DNA of 63,827 bases, filler included, from Octopus bimaculoides (GCF_001194135.2; 6 parts of 6 records of this genome joined end to end with filler, not necessarily neighbours in it), one strand, 5' to 3'; counted from the first letter of the whole stretch, positions 34,461-49,489 are shown. Numbers and translations: made by a program. The notes: generated from the sequence alone by a model not told the origin.

Positions 34461-34994
34461 TGTTCAGGGCTTGAGGATGATAAAATTGAAAGGAAGAAGT
34501 ATGGAAGATATTGGAGCCTGCTAATCACCACGGAACCAGGTGGCCGGGGGTTTTACTAAACAAATTTTCCCCATGACCCTTAGGATTTTAAGAGGCCTGT
34601 TTATTCAACAAATTCTCGGAATCTTTGTGCGGATCACCAGGTCTCTGCGGACCAGCCACGTTAGGGAAATCTATTCTTGAGCATGTTCGCTCGAGATGGT
34701 ATTTCCTTGTCCCCATTGCCCAGCTAGTAGAGTGTATGGAGCGTTTGACACAATTTACAATAACACGAACACTGGAATCCGTCAGCAGCAGGATTCCTCA
34801 CAGTTTCCGTCCACCAAATTTCAAATATTGACTAGAGGTAGAAGAACATACAGCTAGAAGAACATATTGCCTAGATGTTGGTTAGATAGGGAGATAGTTG
34901 GATATATGGACAATCAGACAGTTTGAAAGATAGAAAGATAGCTAGATGGATATGTACAAATATGTGTGTGCGCGCGTATGCGTATACACACACA

Positions 34995-35470
34995 CACACA
35001 CACACACGCACACACATATATATATATATATAGGAGAATTTACGAAAAAAACAACAAAGATAGGTGGTGTAAACAACAAATGGATGTATTAGTATACCGC
35101 TCGGGAATTGAGAAAGTCTTTAACGTTTCGAGCCTACGCTCTTCAACAGAAAGGAACACGGAAAGAAAGAAGGAAAGAAAGAAGGAGAGAAAATAAATAT
35201 AAATGTAGTGGTCAGCGATCTATCATGGGGAATGCCGGACAGTAGCATCACACAGGAAAGCTAAGAAAAAGGGGAGAGAGAGATTAGAGACAAGTATTCT
35301 CTGTATAGAATACATTTCGTAGTGCTCAAGAGATTTGAAGTTGAGCAGGGAGAGGAGGGAATGTAAGGATAAGCAAGTTAGGCAAGTAGATATACAAAAA
35401 ATATTAATTGCATTTGATACAAACAATGTACATAGGTTTACATATAAAAGAAGTCCGACTTCCACAGAAT
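34995..35470 (-). mobile_element. Microsatellite-flanked repeat carrying a hammerhead-variant motif
   Basis: Minus strand CTTT CTGTTGA A GAGC GTAG GCTC GAAA CGTT AAAG at 35118-35153. Flanked by (TA)/(CA) and (TCTA) tracts. Boundaries approximate. Confidence 0.55.
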
Positions 35471-35484
35471 GGAAATGGTATCTG

Positions 35485-35523
<39 letters not shown>

Positions 35524-35594
35524 GTCTATACACACACACACAAATATATGTATGTCTATATATATATGTGTATGTAAGGAAGTGCATGTATGTA

Positions 35595-35790
35595 TGTATG
35601 TATGTAAATGCTTAGTTTTAGAATGGTGGCAGCTGATGAAGGAAATGTTCTCTGTGTGGCCTGTGTTTTCTGTTCTCTGTTTATCATTTTGTCCACGTTT
35701 TTTTGCAACGTCCTGTACCCAGATATGCATCTATATATACATGTAGATGTAGGTATGTACATACATGTACGTATATATGCATATACTAAT
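35595..35790 (+). mobile_element. Dispersed repeat family E (GCTGATGAAGG...CCTGTACCC..ATATGCATCTATATATACAT.TAGATGTAGGTATG)
   Basis: Homologous minus-strand copies at about 47345-47600 and 61750-61920. Confidence 0.7.
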
Positions 35791-36221
35791 TTATTATTTG
35801 TATGTATGTTTGTATGTATGTATGTGTATACGTGATTTTCCTTCGAGTTTTATCTCAGTTCTTCTTGAGAGAGTTCAAGCCGGTCGCTAACAAAGCGACA
35901 AGACCTTTTGAGTGACGGGAGTTTCCCGGTGTTTGTGAAAATGCGGTTGAGTTGATGTGTTGGTTGAACTGTCGAATCATATAGCCAAGTGTGTGCATCT
36001 ATTCACCTAAAGCATCTCATATGGAGAATTCTTGGAATGTCTTACAAATCTTCACCGTATGTATGTATGAGTGAGTGTGTGTATGTATGTATGTATGTAT
36101 GTATACGAGTTCTCATTTCTATGTAACGAATCACCAGTAGCGCCACCGTCGTTCTGTATGCCTTTCATTAGCTCCATGTGATATCTTGTAGGTCGATCCT
36201 CCCTCTGTCTCCGCCTCATCT

Positions 36222-36900
<679 letters not shown>

Positions 36901-38046
36901 TTTCTATCCAGCGATTCTGTCAGCTCTCCGCTTTTCTCTCATCCTTAATAATAATGGTTTCAAATTTCGGCACAAGACCAGCAGTTTTCAAGGNNNNNNN
37001 NNNNNNNNNNNNNNNNNNNNNNNNNNNNNNNNNNNNNNNNNNNNNNNNNNNNNNNNNNNNNNNNNNNNNNNNNNNNNNNNNNNNNNNNNNNNNNNNNNNN
37101 NNNNNNNNNNNNNNNNNNNNNNNNNNNNNNNNNNNNNNNNNNNNNNNNNNNNNNNNNNNNNNNNNNNNNNNNNNNNNNNNNNNNNNNNNNNNNNNNNNNN
37201 NNNNNNNNNNNNNNNNNNNNNNNNNNNNNNNNNNNNNNNNNNNNNNNNNNNNNNNNNNNNNNNNNNNNNNNNNNNNNNNNNNNNNNNNNNNNNNNNNNNN
37301 NNNNNNNNNNNNNNNNNNNNNNNNNNNNNNNNNNNNNNNNNNNNNNNNNNNNAAATTCATACATTTACACAATTTCAAATTTCTTGAATGAAAGAATTGG
37401 AATGAATATTCTAAATACCATAACTTGGGTCACAGCGTCACTTTTTCCGTCAAAATAACACACAATTACGAATAAAATCCATTAAACTACACAAAATAAC
37501 ATTTTTCCCCTTAATAGAATCTAATTTCTTCTTTCTACTACCTTTACAAATCCTTTGAACTCCTACTTTCTCTTATGAACCTTTACGAACGATCCAACAA
37601 CAAATACAAAAAGAAAGGAAGGAAAAACACTGACAGTAAAAGAAAACTCTTTAAGTATCAAAACTGAAACAATCACATTTCCATACTGTAATGACAGATA
37701 CTTTCACTTTAATGGTTTCATTTTCATATTTCGAACTCCGTCCTTCACCATAACAACAAAAACAAAATAGCCACACATCTTTCTCAAATACGATCGACAA
37801 GCATTTATTCCCTACAAACTGTGAGTGTTTTGGAAAATCTTTTCGTAAATCTTGAGATTAACGTCCGCACGATTACCTACCTAACCCTAACACTGTAGTG
37901 AAAATCGTGCGGGTGTTAATCTGAAAATTTAACAATCTTTTTTAAAACATTTACTTACTAACATATTTTTATTTAGTGTGTGTGTATTGCCCATATATAT
38001 ATACACTTAAGACTTAGTTGTGGGTTGGGAGTTTGATCGGCAGAGG

Positions 38047-38049
<3 letters not shown>

Positions 38050-38084
<35 letters not shown>

Positions 38085-38270
38085 TTCAATTTTTGCCACA
38101 AGGGCAGATTGGGGCAGGTGGACAATAGTCGATTATATCGACCCCTGTGTTCAACTGGTACTTATTTTTTACACACCGAAAGGATGAAAGGCAAAGTCGA
38201 CTTCGGCGGAATTTAAACGCAGAACGTTGAGATGGGCACAAACCTCCCGTCGCGACATTGATTCTGCAGA
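38050..38270 (-). mobile_element. SINE family B with (ATT)n tract
   Basis: CTGGTACTTATTT...GAAAGGATGAAAGGCAAAGTCGACTTCGGCGGAATTTAAAC. Confidence 0.75.
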
Positions 38271-39629
38271 ACAGGGTTGAGTGTGAAACCAACTTTAAAG
38301 TATAAATATAGATGTTTTTGAAAACACAATCATACATACATACCTACAAATACACACATACATACAAATAAACACATACATACAAATACCTGTCACTCTT
38401 TTCCAAATACGATCGACAGTCAAACATTTATTCCCTACAAACTGAATTTTTGGAATATCTTTCTTAAAACGCATTTACTTACTACCATATATATATAGAG
38501 AGACACAATACACAAGCATTTGTATAGCTAATTAGACGGATGAAATTTACGTACACTTAATTATGTTACGCAAAACAACCTTCAGACTTTCCCTATTAAT
38601 TTCATCGACTTTTGAATTATGAACATATTTACACCATAGGGGTTTTTTCGTTGTAAGAGTTTCTTTTTTACTTGATTTTCACCTAGCAAGACTTATCGTT
38701 GATGGCGTAATAAGTCAAACCCGGACAACGTCGGGTTATACTGCTAGTCAACAATAAAAAGATGAAAGGCGAAGTGGAACAAAGCAGAATTTGAACTCAG
38801 AACGTGCTAACGATTCTGGCAACCCCACGATTTCTCTGATCCTTAATAATCTTTTCTACTAAAGGCACAAGGCCTGAAACTTTGGGGGGGGGGGCGACTA
38901 GTTGATTACATCGACACCAGTGTAAAACTGGTACTTGATTTATTGTCCCCGCCAAAAATAATTATATTTATACACACACACACACACATATATACGACGG
39001 GCTTCTTTCAGTTTCTGTCTACCAAATCCACTCACAAGGCTTTGGTTGGGCCGAGGCTATCGTAGAAGACACTTGCCCAAGGTGACAAGCAGTGGGCGTG
39101 AACCTGGAGCCATGTGATTGGGAAGCAGCGTGTGTGGTTGGGGAGGGTCAGTGTGTTTGTGTTTCTTCACAAATCGCTAGACAACCGATGGTGATGTGTT
39201 TATGTCACCGTAACTTAGCGGTTCGGCAAAACGGAGAAAATCCACTCACAAGGCTTTGGTCGGCACCAAGCTATATATATATGCAGACAAATGTCGCCCA
39301 TCATATAGTTTAAAGGTTATTTACGCTTGTTAATGAATCTCTAATGATTTGATGATGTAATCTGTGTATTAGGTATTTTTTATGTAACATTTGCTATTGT
39401 GAATGAACTACGCGTAAGAGACATTGAATAATTGAAAAAAATATCTATACATACATGCATAAACCCATACATAAAGATATATATATATATATATGGTTCG
39501 GCAAAAGAGATCGATAGAATAAGTACCAGGCTTACAAAGAATAAGTCATGGGGTCGATTTGCTCGACTAAAGGCGATGCTCCAGCATGGCCACAGTCAAA
39601 TGACTGAAACAAGTAAAAAAGAAAAAAAA

Positions 39630-39669
<40 letters not shown>

Positions 39670-39857
39670 CATGGATTTCATATATAGTATATACTTTATG
39701 TTCAACAGCTGTTTCATTAGGATAGCATCAATAAATGTATAATTACATAGTTGTGATCCACAATTAATTAATCAAAATTAAATTGGTTTAAAAGAATGTG
39801 TTTACCCCAACCATGAGGAATGCAATGTTAATCAGATGTTACATCTCTCTCTCTCTT

Positions 39858-39889
<32 letters not shown>

Positions 39890-39929
39890 CATGCCTACGA
39901 ACATACGTATATACATTCTTACATAATGC

Positions 39930-39987
<58 letters not shown>

Positions 39988-41068
39988 ACTTATGTATGTA
40001 TGTATATATATATATATATATATATGTTTTTAAGAGATAAATTTTGAAAGCTGCATTCCCTCGCTTTCAGTAAATATGTTGCTTATTCTTTTGGTAGTTT
40101 TTGACTTATTTAGTCCCTCGAAGCGTGAGGCATTAATACACAGTTAATGCCCTTTATATATAAAAGTATTTATATTTATGATGAAATGATGAATTTTTTT
40201 CATTACGAAAATTTTTCGTTATTTTTTCATTTTGAGGTTTTTTCACGCTGACTACTTGATAAATTCTTATAAAGAATTTATCATATATTATAATATANNN
40301 NNNNNNNNNNNNNNNNNNNNNNNNNNNNNNNNNNNNNNNNNNNNNNNNNNNNNNNNNNNNNNNNNNNNNNNNNNNNNNNNNNNNNNNNNNNNNNNNNNNN
40401 NNNNNNNNNNNNNNNNNNNNNNNNNNNNNNNNNNNNNNNNNNNNNNNNNNNNNNNNNNNNNNNNNNNNNNNNNNNNNNNNNNNNNNNNNNNNNNNNNNNN
40501 NNNNNNNNNNNNNNNNNNNNNNNNNNNNNNNNNNNNNNNNNNNNNNNNNNNNNNNNNNNNNNNNNNNNNNNNNNNNNNNNNNNNNNNNNNNNNNNNNNNN
40601 NNNNNNNNNNNNNNNNNNNNNNNNNNNNNNNNNNNNNNNNNNNNNNNNNNNNNNNNNNNNNNNNNNNNNNNNNNNNNNNNNNNNNNNNNNNNNNNNNNNN
40701 NNNNNNNNNNNNNNNNNNNNNNNNNNNNNNNNNNNNNNNNNNNNNNNNNNNNNNNNNNNNNNNNNNNNNNNNNNNATATATATATATATATATATATATA
40801 TATACTTATGCACATATACATCCCTCCAAATATATATACACACACACATGCACACATACATATATAGACACACACAAACGCATAGACAGACACTAATTTT
40901 TTGGTCCCCTTACAAATAACAGTAACCCTACCCCAACCAGTCCCTCTCTCCTTCTCTCCCTCTCTCAGTTTGACTGTCTCTCTCTACCTCTCCCTCTCTC
41001 TCTTCCTCTCTATCTCTCTCTTTGCCCTCATTTTAGCCCTAATTCATCCTACGCTATCACTTCAACCC

Positions 41069-41120
<52 letters not shown>

Positions 41121-41214
41121 ACTAGCAGAAATACTTGTCATTGACAGGGTTGGAAAAATCCGCCAAAATTGTATTATGAATACTAAAAGTTATTCACTTA
41201 GATTGTATGGAACA

Positions 41215-42489
41215 TATTAGATTGTCCAGAAAGCCCTCAGCGTTTTTTAATATGAAAAACGAATATAAATAATTGACCTTTCAATAAATTTTATTCAATG
41301 AAATGATTTTCATTATTATTGACCGTTGCCCATCTATCAGGAAATTTAAATATTCCATCAGCATAAAGTTAGGTTTTGAAGAAAAACATAGTTATTTAGA
41401 TGCATTTTGACTCCATCTAAATCGTTAAATGTTTTTCTTTCCAATGAGTTCTGTAGAGACAATAACAAGTGGTCGTCGGATGGCACAATAGCAGGAGAAT
41501 GTGGTGAATGGAGCAAGAGATCCCAGCCAACTCCATGTAACTTTGTTAGGGTTGCCAAAGACACGTGTGGTCGGGCATTGTCTTGTTGGAAGACTCCCCC
41601 TTTCCTGTTGGTAATTTCTGGTCTCAATTCTTTGATTATTTTGCTCAAGTTAGCCAGCTGACGACAGTCCACATCAGAATCAACAGTTTAGATTTTGAGA
41701 GAAGCTCATAATAATGTCTTTATGATCCCACGAAACAAAAGTATGACCTTTTTGGCATGGATATTGGTCTTAGGTTGCTGTTTTGGGGGACTCTGACGCA
41801 AATTCCAGGATCTTTTTCGCACTACGTTTTCGTACACAATCAATTTTTCCTCTCAAGTCACAAGTTGTTTTAAAAAAAGCGTGCTTTTATTCCGTTTCAA
41901 AAGCATATCACAAACGGAATACTGCTCCAAGCAATTCTTTTTTGAGAGCTTGTAAGAGACCCATATATTATAGCGAAAAATGTAGCCTAGCTTCACTTAG
42001 CGTTCATCAGCTGTACTTCTAGAAACTTCCAATTTCTCTGCAACTTCTCTAGTCATAATATTTGAGTTTTCTTCGATTTTTGCCTTCAAAACATCTTCAT
42101 CCAATTTTGAAGGTCTTCCACTGCAACTAAGCTAAACTCTCCAGCTTTAAATTTTGCAAACCACCTTCGAATAGTTGATTTATTTATAGCATCATCACCG
42201 TAAACTTTACAAATGTTTTTGCAAGTCTTTGCGGCCTTTTCTCCATTTTTTTTTTTAAAAAAGAAAAACATTACAACGCAAATATGAAATTTTTGGTTAT
42301 CCATTTCAAATGTCAATAAAAAGTAACTGTTTGGAAAGATAAATCTATTTTTAGTCAGGAACAAAGAAGAGATGCACTATCACTTCAAGTAACGCCAAAG
42401 TTTTAACTGCTTTACGTTTCAGGTGTGTCCAATCAATAGTTAAAAGATTTGGGCTTTAAAACGATCAGAACGTACCGGACAACCTAATA
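41215..42489 (-). mobile_element. Full-length (about 1.27 kb) decayed mariner transposon with TIRs and TA ends
   Basis: Left TA-TTAGATTGTCCAGAAAG; right reverse complement TA-TTAGGTTGTCCGGTACG. N-terminal HTH MDNQKFHI...STIRRWFAKFKAGEFSL (42086-42364). C-terminal QDNARPH and HSPHSPAIVPSDDHL (41358-41672). Confidence 0.92.
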
Positions 42490-43290
42490 TATTAGAAATG
42501 GCTGTTAACTTATTTATTGAAATTAAATATTACAACAAACAAAGATACAAATATCTTTTCTTACGCCAATAGCGTGGTGGCTCGAAGATATAAATATAAA
42601 ACCAATAAAAACAAAAAAAAAATAATGCTATTAAAGTGCACACACAAATTTAATAGAAGTATATAGTAACAATCTATCTCTGTGAGAAGCATACTTCTTC
42701 TTACACATAGAATAATGGAGACGATTGAAAATCAAACATCGTAAAATTTAAAAAATAAATCATGAATAATTTTCGGTTTTTGTTTTTTTTTCAGATCTTT
42801 CATTTAGATTTGTCGTGTCATTTTGTGTTGAAGCTTTATGAACGCTCTCCGTTCGATTTGCACTCATTTATTTATTTTTTTGTACATATTTTTATGTACA
42901 TATGTTTTATATCCTCGCATTCGATATATAGTATAACAAAGTAGAGGGGGAGAAAGTATATACACGAAGCACTACTATTACTATTACACGAGGATCAACG
43001 CTCTATATCAGAGGCTCACAGTGAACTGCTACCACACAGTTCTTTGAGCATTTTCCGCGTGCAATTTTTTTGCTTCATTTTTTTTTCATCGCTTTCTCCT
43101 TCACTTTTCAACTCTTTCTACTTTCTCATTTTGACTTTTTTTAAGTATTTGAAGAATGCTACACTTCCAAAACGTTATAAACCTTACACTTGCCCATTCT
43201 ACCTCGAACCTAATAGCATTAACTGTGAACGTCATATGCACTTTTGTTACTTTCTGTTTTTATTTTTATATTTGCCATTCATCCATCTAT

Positions 43291-43328
<38 letters not shown>

Positions 43329-43875
43329 NNNNNNNNNNNNNNNNNNNNNNNNNNNNNNNNNNNNNNNNNNNNNNNNNNNNNATATATATATATATATATA
43401 CACTTATATAGTTTTTCAAAAATGATGTATCATTAATTAGATGAAAAGCGTTCATTATGCGCATCTTTTAATAAATTGATAATTTTTGTTTATTTTTAGA
43501 ATTTATGGTTGTGTATGTACACGTGTGGATCTGTATATGTATATATATTTATAAGTGCATGTGTGTTTATATGCTTGTGGTGTGTTATCTTTCTGTGTCT
43601 ATGTGTGTGTATGTATGTGTGTGTGTGTGCGTGCGTTTGCGCATGTGTGTGGTAATTTATCTGTTTAATGAATTTCATGTCAGTACAATAAAAAAAAATT
43701 ATGTCAATATGTACTTCATGTATATGTGTATACTTATACATACATACACACATACATGCATACATACCTATCTATCTATCTATTATATATATATATATAT
43801 GCGTGTGTGTGTATATATATACATATATATATATATATGTATACATATGTATATATTCACACACATATATATGTG

Positions 43876-43909
<34 letters not shown>

Positions 43910-44554
43910 TATATACATACGTATACATATTCCTATACATACATACATATATAGATAGATAGATAGATAGATATGCACACGCACACACACACACTCATAC
44001 ACACGTGTGCGTGTGTGTATTCATGTAGATGTGTTTAGCAACCGTCGCATTATCCCAGAAGAAAGTATTATTTTAAATGTATCCGAACGCGGAAATAGCA
44101 CAAAGAGACAGTCGGACGACTGACCGACAGACAAGCAGACACACCGACATGCGCGCGTACACAACAGTTAAATAAATTAGAATTAGAAAGGGGACGAAAT
44201 GTATGTGCGTGCGTGTGTCTGTTACGCGCGTGTGTGCTTTTTCTGTCACGTTTGTGTTTGTGTGTGTGTGAGAGAGAGAGAGAGAAAGAGAGAGAGAGTG
44301 TGTGTGTGTGTACGTGTGTCCGGTATTTGGAATACATTTAATAGCACTTATAAAGAACTTTGTGACAGGCATATTAAAATTTTTGTTCTACATAGTGTTT
44401 GCCCTATTTATCTACGAAACGGAAATTGCTATGCACTATTACCTCTTATTACTAAATACAGCAGCGCCACTAGACAAAGTGGTTTGGAAGATTTTCTTAA
44501 GGGTCTTATTTTTTTTTTAATAAAACAAAAAACGAACAAGCAGTATATACAGAT

Positions 44555-45745
44555 AAAAAAAATTCTGAGTTCAAATCCCGTTGAGAATAGACTTGCCTTT
44601 CATCCTTTCAGAGTTGATAAAATAAGCTGAAATGAAACACTGGCTCTCGATATTGTCGACTAATCCCTCTCCCTACAATTTCAGGCCTCGTGTCTGTTGA
44701 GGGGGAAAAATAGCTGCTGGCAGAATCGTTAGCACATCAGAGAAAAATGCTTGGCCGCATTTCTCTCGGGTTTATTTTTGAGTTCAATTTCCGCCGATGT
44801 CTACTCTGCATTTTATCTTTTCATCGAACCCAGTGTACGATGAAATAAGTAAACTGGGTTCGATATAACCGACTTAACCGCTACTCTCATCAAGAAGAAA
44901 GAAGGTCGATTTTGCTTTTCACCCCTTTCGGGGTCGTGAAAATAAGTACCCGTTGTGCGCTGGTAATCGACTTCTCCCCCAAACAAAGAAAAGAAAAAAA
45001 TTGGAGACCTAATATTATTTCAAAGCAATGTNNNNNNNNNNNNNNNNNNNNNNNNNNNNNNNNNNNNNNNNNNNNNNNNNNNNNNNNNNNNNNNNNNNNN
45101 NNNNNNNNNNNNNNNNNNNNNNNNNNNNNNNNNNGGGTTATTTCAAAGCGGCGAACTGGTAGAAACGTTAGCACGCCGGGTGAAACGCTTAACGGTATTT
45201 CGTCTGTCTTTGCGTTCTAAGTTCAAATTCCGCCGAGGTCGACTTTGCCTTTCATCCTTTCGAAGTCGATAAATTAAGTACCAGTTATGCACTGGGGTCG
45301 ATGTAATCGACTTAATCCCTTTGTCTGTCCTTGTTTGTCCCCTCTATGTTTAGCCCCTTCTGGGCAATAAAGAAATAAGAAATTGTTATTTCAAAGCCAT
45401 GAATTGTAGAATTGTCAGCAAGCCGGATAAAATTCATTTCATTCGTCTTTACGTTCTAGTTTAAATTCTGCTGAAGTTAGCTTTGCCTTTCATCCTTTCG
45501 GGGTCGATAAAATAAGTACCAGTTTAACACATGGGTCGATAAATCGATTAATCTCCTTCTTCTGAATTTCAGGCTTTGTGCCTATAGCAGAGAGAATTGT
45601 GTCAAGGACAGCGGATTGGCGGAATCGTTAAAGGATCGGAAAAACACCTTATAGCATTTCTTCCAGTCTCGTAAGTTCAGAGTTCAAAACCCAGCGAGGT
45701 TAACTCCGCATTCAATACTTCAGGGATCCAGAAAATAAATTACCA
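44555..45745 (+). mobile_element. Cluster of about six same-orientation SINE family B copies
   Basis: Repeated GTTCAAA(T/A)(T/C)CC B box and GCCTTTCATCCTTTC..GTCGATAAA.TAAGTACCAG domain. Best copy at 45150-45380. Confidence 0.8.
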
Positions 45746-46261
45746 TTCAGAACGGTAGATTGTCGGAGTTATTAGACAAGTAGACAATTTGCATTGTGGT
45801 ATATTTGTTCCAGCTTCCCGATGAGACAGGTTCCAAAGTGAGCCTGGGTGGTCCTTGAACTATATATACTTTTACGTCAGTGTTTTTAAATAGGTCATCT
45901 TGTTTCCTCGTTTTATACATCGGCAAGGATTTCACCATACTCGGACACAAGGCTATAAGTATACCACCGTTCCTCTCTCGCTCTCTCTGTTCCTCTTTCT
46001 CTCTCTCTGTTCCTCTTTCTCTCTTTCTGTTCCTCTTTGTCTCTCTTCCTCATAGTAGCCGCCTTGGCTGCCGTGGCGTGGAGGAAAGAGGAGTACTGCA
46101 GGTATGTTTGCTGGTCCTTTTTAAAAGCCCCTTTCACGGGTGTGCGCACTGAAGAGGTGCTTTCCAGCCACAGTTCCAATTTCACGAAATATGCGAAACC
46201 TTTTCAATACATTCGGTGTTGAAAAGCCCGTGGGGCTGGCAGTATGAGAGAAACACACACA

Positions 46262-46425
46262 CACACACATAGGTCACAGCTTCCATCTACCAAACCCATT
46301 CACAAGGCTTTGGTTGGCCCGTGGCTATAGTAGAAGACACTTGCCTAAAGTGCCACGCAGTGGGACTGAACCTGGAACCATGTGGTTGGAACGCAAGCTT
46401 CTTATCACACAGCCACGCCTGCGCC
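46262..46425 (-). mobile_element. SINE family A, 5' half
   Basis: GAAGACACTTGCCTAAAGTGCCACGCAGTGGGACTGAACC...CACACAGCCACGCCTGCGCC. Confidence 0.85.
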
Positions 46426-46735
46426 TGTAATACACGGAAAATGAAAATGTTGAGCAGAGTGCGGCAGGTCGAAGAAAGGTGGTATTAGATTAAAAGGACT
46501 TCTGACTAACTGGAAGCTCAACATAGAGACGTTGCGCTTCGGAAGAGAAGTGAGTGACACGTTAAGAGGTCTTGACGGAGTCTGCTGGAGAGGAGAGTTC
46601 ATCAGAGCTATGACCATGGAAACACGCACGCACACGCACGCACACGCATGCACACGCACACGCACACACAACAAACGGATACACGGAAAAATAAAAATAA
46701 ATAGAGGATGAGAGAGAAGGGGAGTGTGGAAGGCA

Positions 46736-46796
<61 letters not shown>

Positions 46797-49489
46797 NNNN
46801 NNNNNNNNNNNNNNNNNNNNNNNNNNNNNNNNNNNNNNNNNNNNNNNNNNNNNNNNNNNNNNNNNNNNNNNNNNNNNNNNNNNNNNNNNNNNNNNNNNNN
46901 NNNNNNNNNNNNNNNNNNNNNNNNNNNNNNNNNNNNNNNNNNNNNNNNNNNNNNNNNNNNNNNNNNNNNNNNNNNNNNNNNNNNNNNNNNNNNNNNNNNN
47001 NNNNNNNNNNNNNNNNNNNNNNNNNNNNNNNNNNNNNNNNNNNNNNNNNNNNNNNNNNNNNNNNNNNNNNNNNNNNNNNNNNNNNNNNNNNNNNNNNNNN
47101 NNNNNNNNNNNNNNNNNNNNNNNNNNNNNNNNNNNNNNNNNNNNNNNNNNNNNNNNNNNNNNNNNNNNNNNNNNNNNNNNNNNNNNNNNNNNNNNNNNNN
47201 NNNNNNNNNNNNNNNNNNNNNNNNNNNNNNNNNNNNNNNNNNNNNNNNNNNNNNNNNNNNNNNNNNNNNNNNNNNNNNNNNNNNNNNNNNNNNNNNNNNN
47301 NNNNNNNNNNNNNNNNNNNNNNNNNNNNNNNNNNNNNNACAAATGACATGTGAGCATATACATATATACATACATATATGTACATACCTACATCTATATG
47401 TATATATAGATGCATATCCGGGTACAGGACGTCAAAAAAACGTGGACAAAAAAGGAACGGGAACATAAACAAGGCACAAAAAACGAACTTATTTTACGGA
47501 CAACAGAATGAACAAATAGGAAAGTAGACAAGCCACATGTGGAACTTTTCTTTCATCAGCTGTCTCTATTCTAAACTAGGCGTTTCGAAGATGAGGCATA
47601 TATATATATATATATGTATATATAAGCGGTGCTCCAGCTTGGCCACAGTCAAATGATTGAAACGAGTAAAAGAATAAAAAGATTAAAGAATATATGTGTG
47701 TTTGCTTGTGTGTGTGTGTGATTGTGTTTATCCCACTACCACCACCACCTCTGGACAACTGGCGTTGGATCCCGTAACACAGCAGTTCGGCAACGGACAC
47801 CGACAGAATAAATACCAGAAATTGAACCAAAAGCAACAATAAAACAAAGAAAAACAAAAAAAAAAACAAAAAGCAAATAAGTATTGGGTGCGATTTGTTC
47901 GGCTAAAAATCCCTCAAAGGCGGTGCTCCAGCATGATCGCAGTCCAAGGACTGAAACCGGGAGATAAACGATAGAAGACAGAGAAAAAGAGAGAAAGAAT
48001 GCGCTAAGAAAAGCAAATATGCACGCATGCGTACATGCACATATTTTGCGCTGCACCCACCAAAGATTCAACAATGCCGTTGTTTGATAACCAAACCTAT
48101 CCGTAACAATGATCTTTCTGTATTCTCACTGTTTTTTATTTTCTATATTTAACTAACCACCAGCCATTTGCATAACTCCCACCCCGGCAACCCTTGCATT
48201 TTGCATTAGACATGTTACCAAACCTCTATAGCCGGCATTTCATCAATGTTGAACTCCCTTGTAACCTTCAGGTAATAGCAAGAGCCACTAAGTGGTTGCC
48301 AGACGTGTTAGAAACAATGGTGAAATTTCCCCTCATATCAAATATTCGTCTTTAAAGATGACGCGTTGCAAGATTTGGTCCTACATATAAACCACGTATC
48401 TCTCTCTCTCTACACACACACACATGTATATTACATACAAAAATAAGAGGAATGACCAGCAAATGTGGACTCCTATATGCTAGAAACAGATGCCGAATCA
48501 TCTAATCACGAAAAGATATGTTCTCAGTAAAAAAATTAGCGACACATCAGACTGTAAAAGGGCAAGACAAATGAAAAAATACTAAATTAAAAAAACGATT
48601 AACCTACGTACCATGGTTTCACCTGTTAAAATTTATATAAGTAAATATCTGCAGGATCGTCAGCGTAGTCTGTCGATTTGAAATATAATTCCCAGAACTA
48701 GACAAAAGACGTCCACCCGAAAGGGAGCACGTGCAGAGTTCTACAAATATATATATATATATATANNNNNNNNNNNNNNNNNNNNNNNNNNNNNNNNNNN
48801 NNNNNNNNNTTAATTAATTAANNNNNNNNNNNNNNNNNNNNNNNNNNNNNNNNNNNNNNNNNNNNAAAGGTGTTTAACTGGTAGTTTGAAGTACGTGTGT
48901 GTGCGTGTCTTGTGTGCAGTGTGTGTCTGTGTGTGTATGTATGTGTACGTGTGGGTATGTGTATGCGTGAAGTTGTGTGTGGGAGTTTGTCTATGGAGTA
49001 AATATACGTTACTGGGGGGGGGGCGTGTGTGCGCTTGTATGTGCGTGTGTGTGAAATGTATGTATAATTGTGTGCGTATATATTTAAGTGTGCGTTGTGT
49101 GTGTATGGGAGGTATGTGTGGGTTCATTTCCGTGTGCGTGTGTGTGTATGTGCGTCTATATGTGTGTGCGTATGTGTATGTGTGTGCGTGTACGTATATA
49201 TTGTGTGTATATGTATATGTATGTGTGTGTATGTGAGTTTTGTGTATGCGTGTGTGCGTAGGGTTGTGGGGGGGTATGTGTGGGGGTACATGTGCGTTCC
49301 TGTGTATGTGTGCGTGCGTGTGCTTACGTGCGTGTATGCGTGTATGTGCGTGTGTGTTTATGCCCATGTATGTGTAATTGTGTGCGTGTCTGTATGAGTG
49401 TGTGGGGGAGGTATGTGGGCGTACATGTCGAATGTGTGTATGTATGAGTATGTCCGTGTGTGTATGTGTATATATATATCACGTGATCG

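Noticed and set aside
35630-35660. CTGATGAAGGAAATGTT in family E (also 47545-47590 on minus)
   Set aside because: A core-like word but no stem II and only a 2-bp stem I. It cannot be folded as a hammerhead in either copy.
38720-38750. ACTAGCAGTATAACCCGACGTTGTCCGGG (minus) and a similar start near 41120, Helitron/Helentron-like ends
   Set aside because: Suggestive terminus only. I could not define the other end or the extent of the element.
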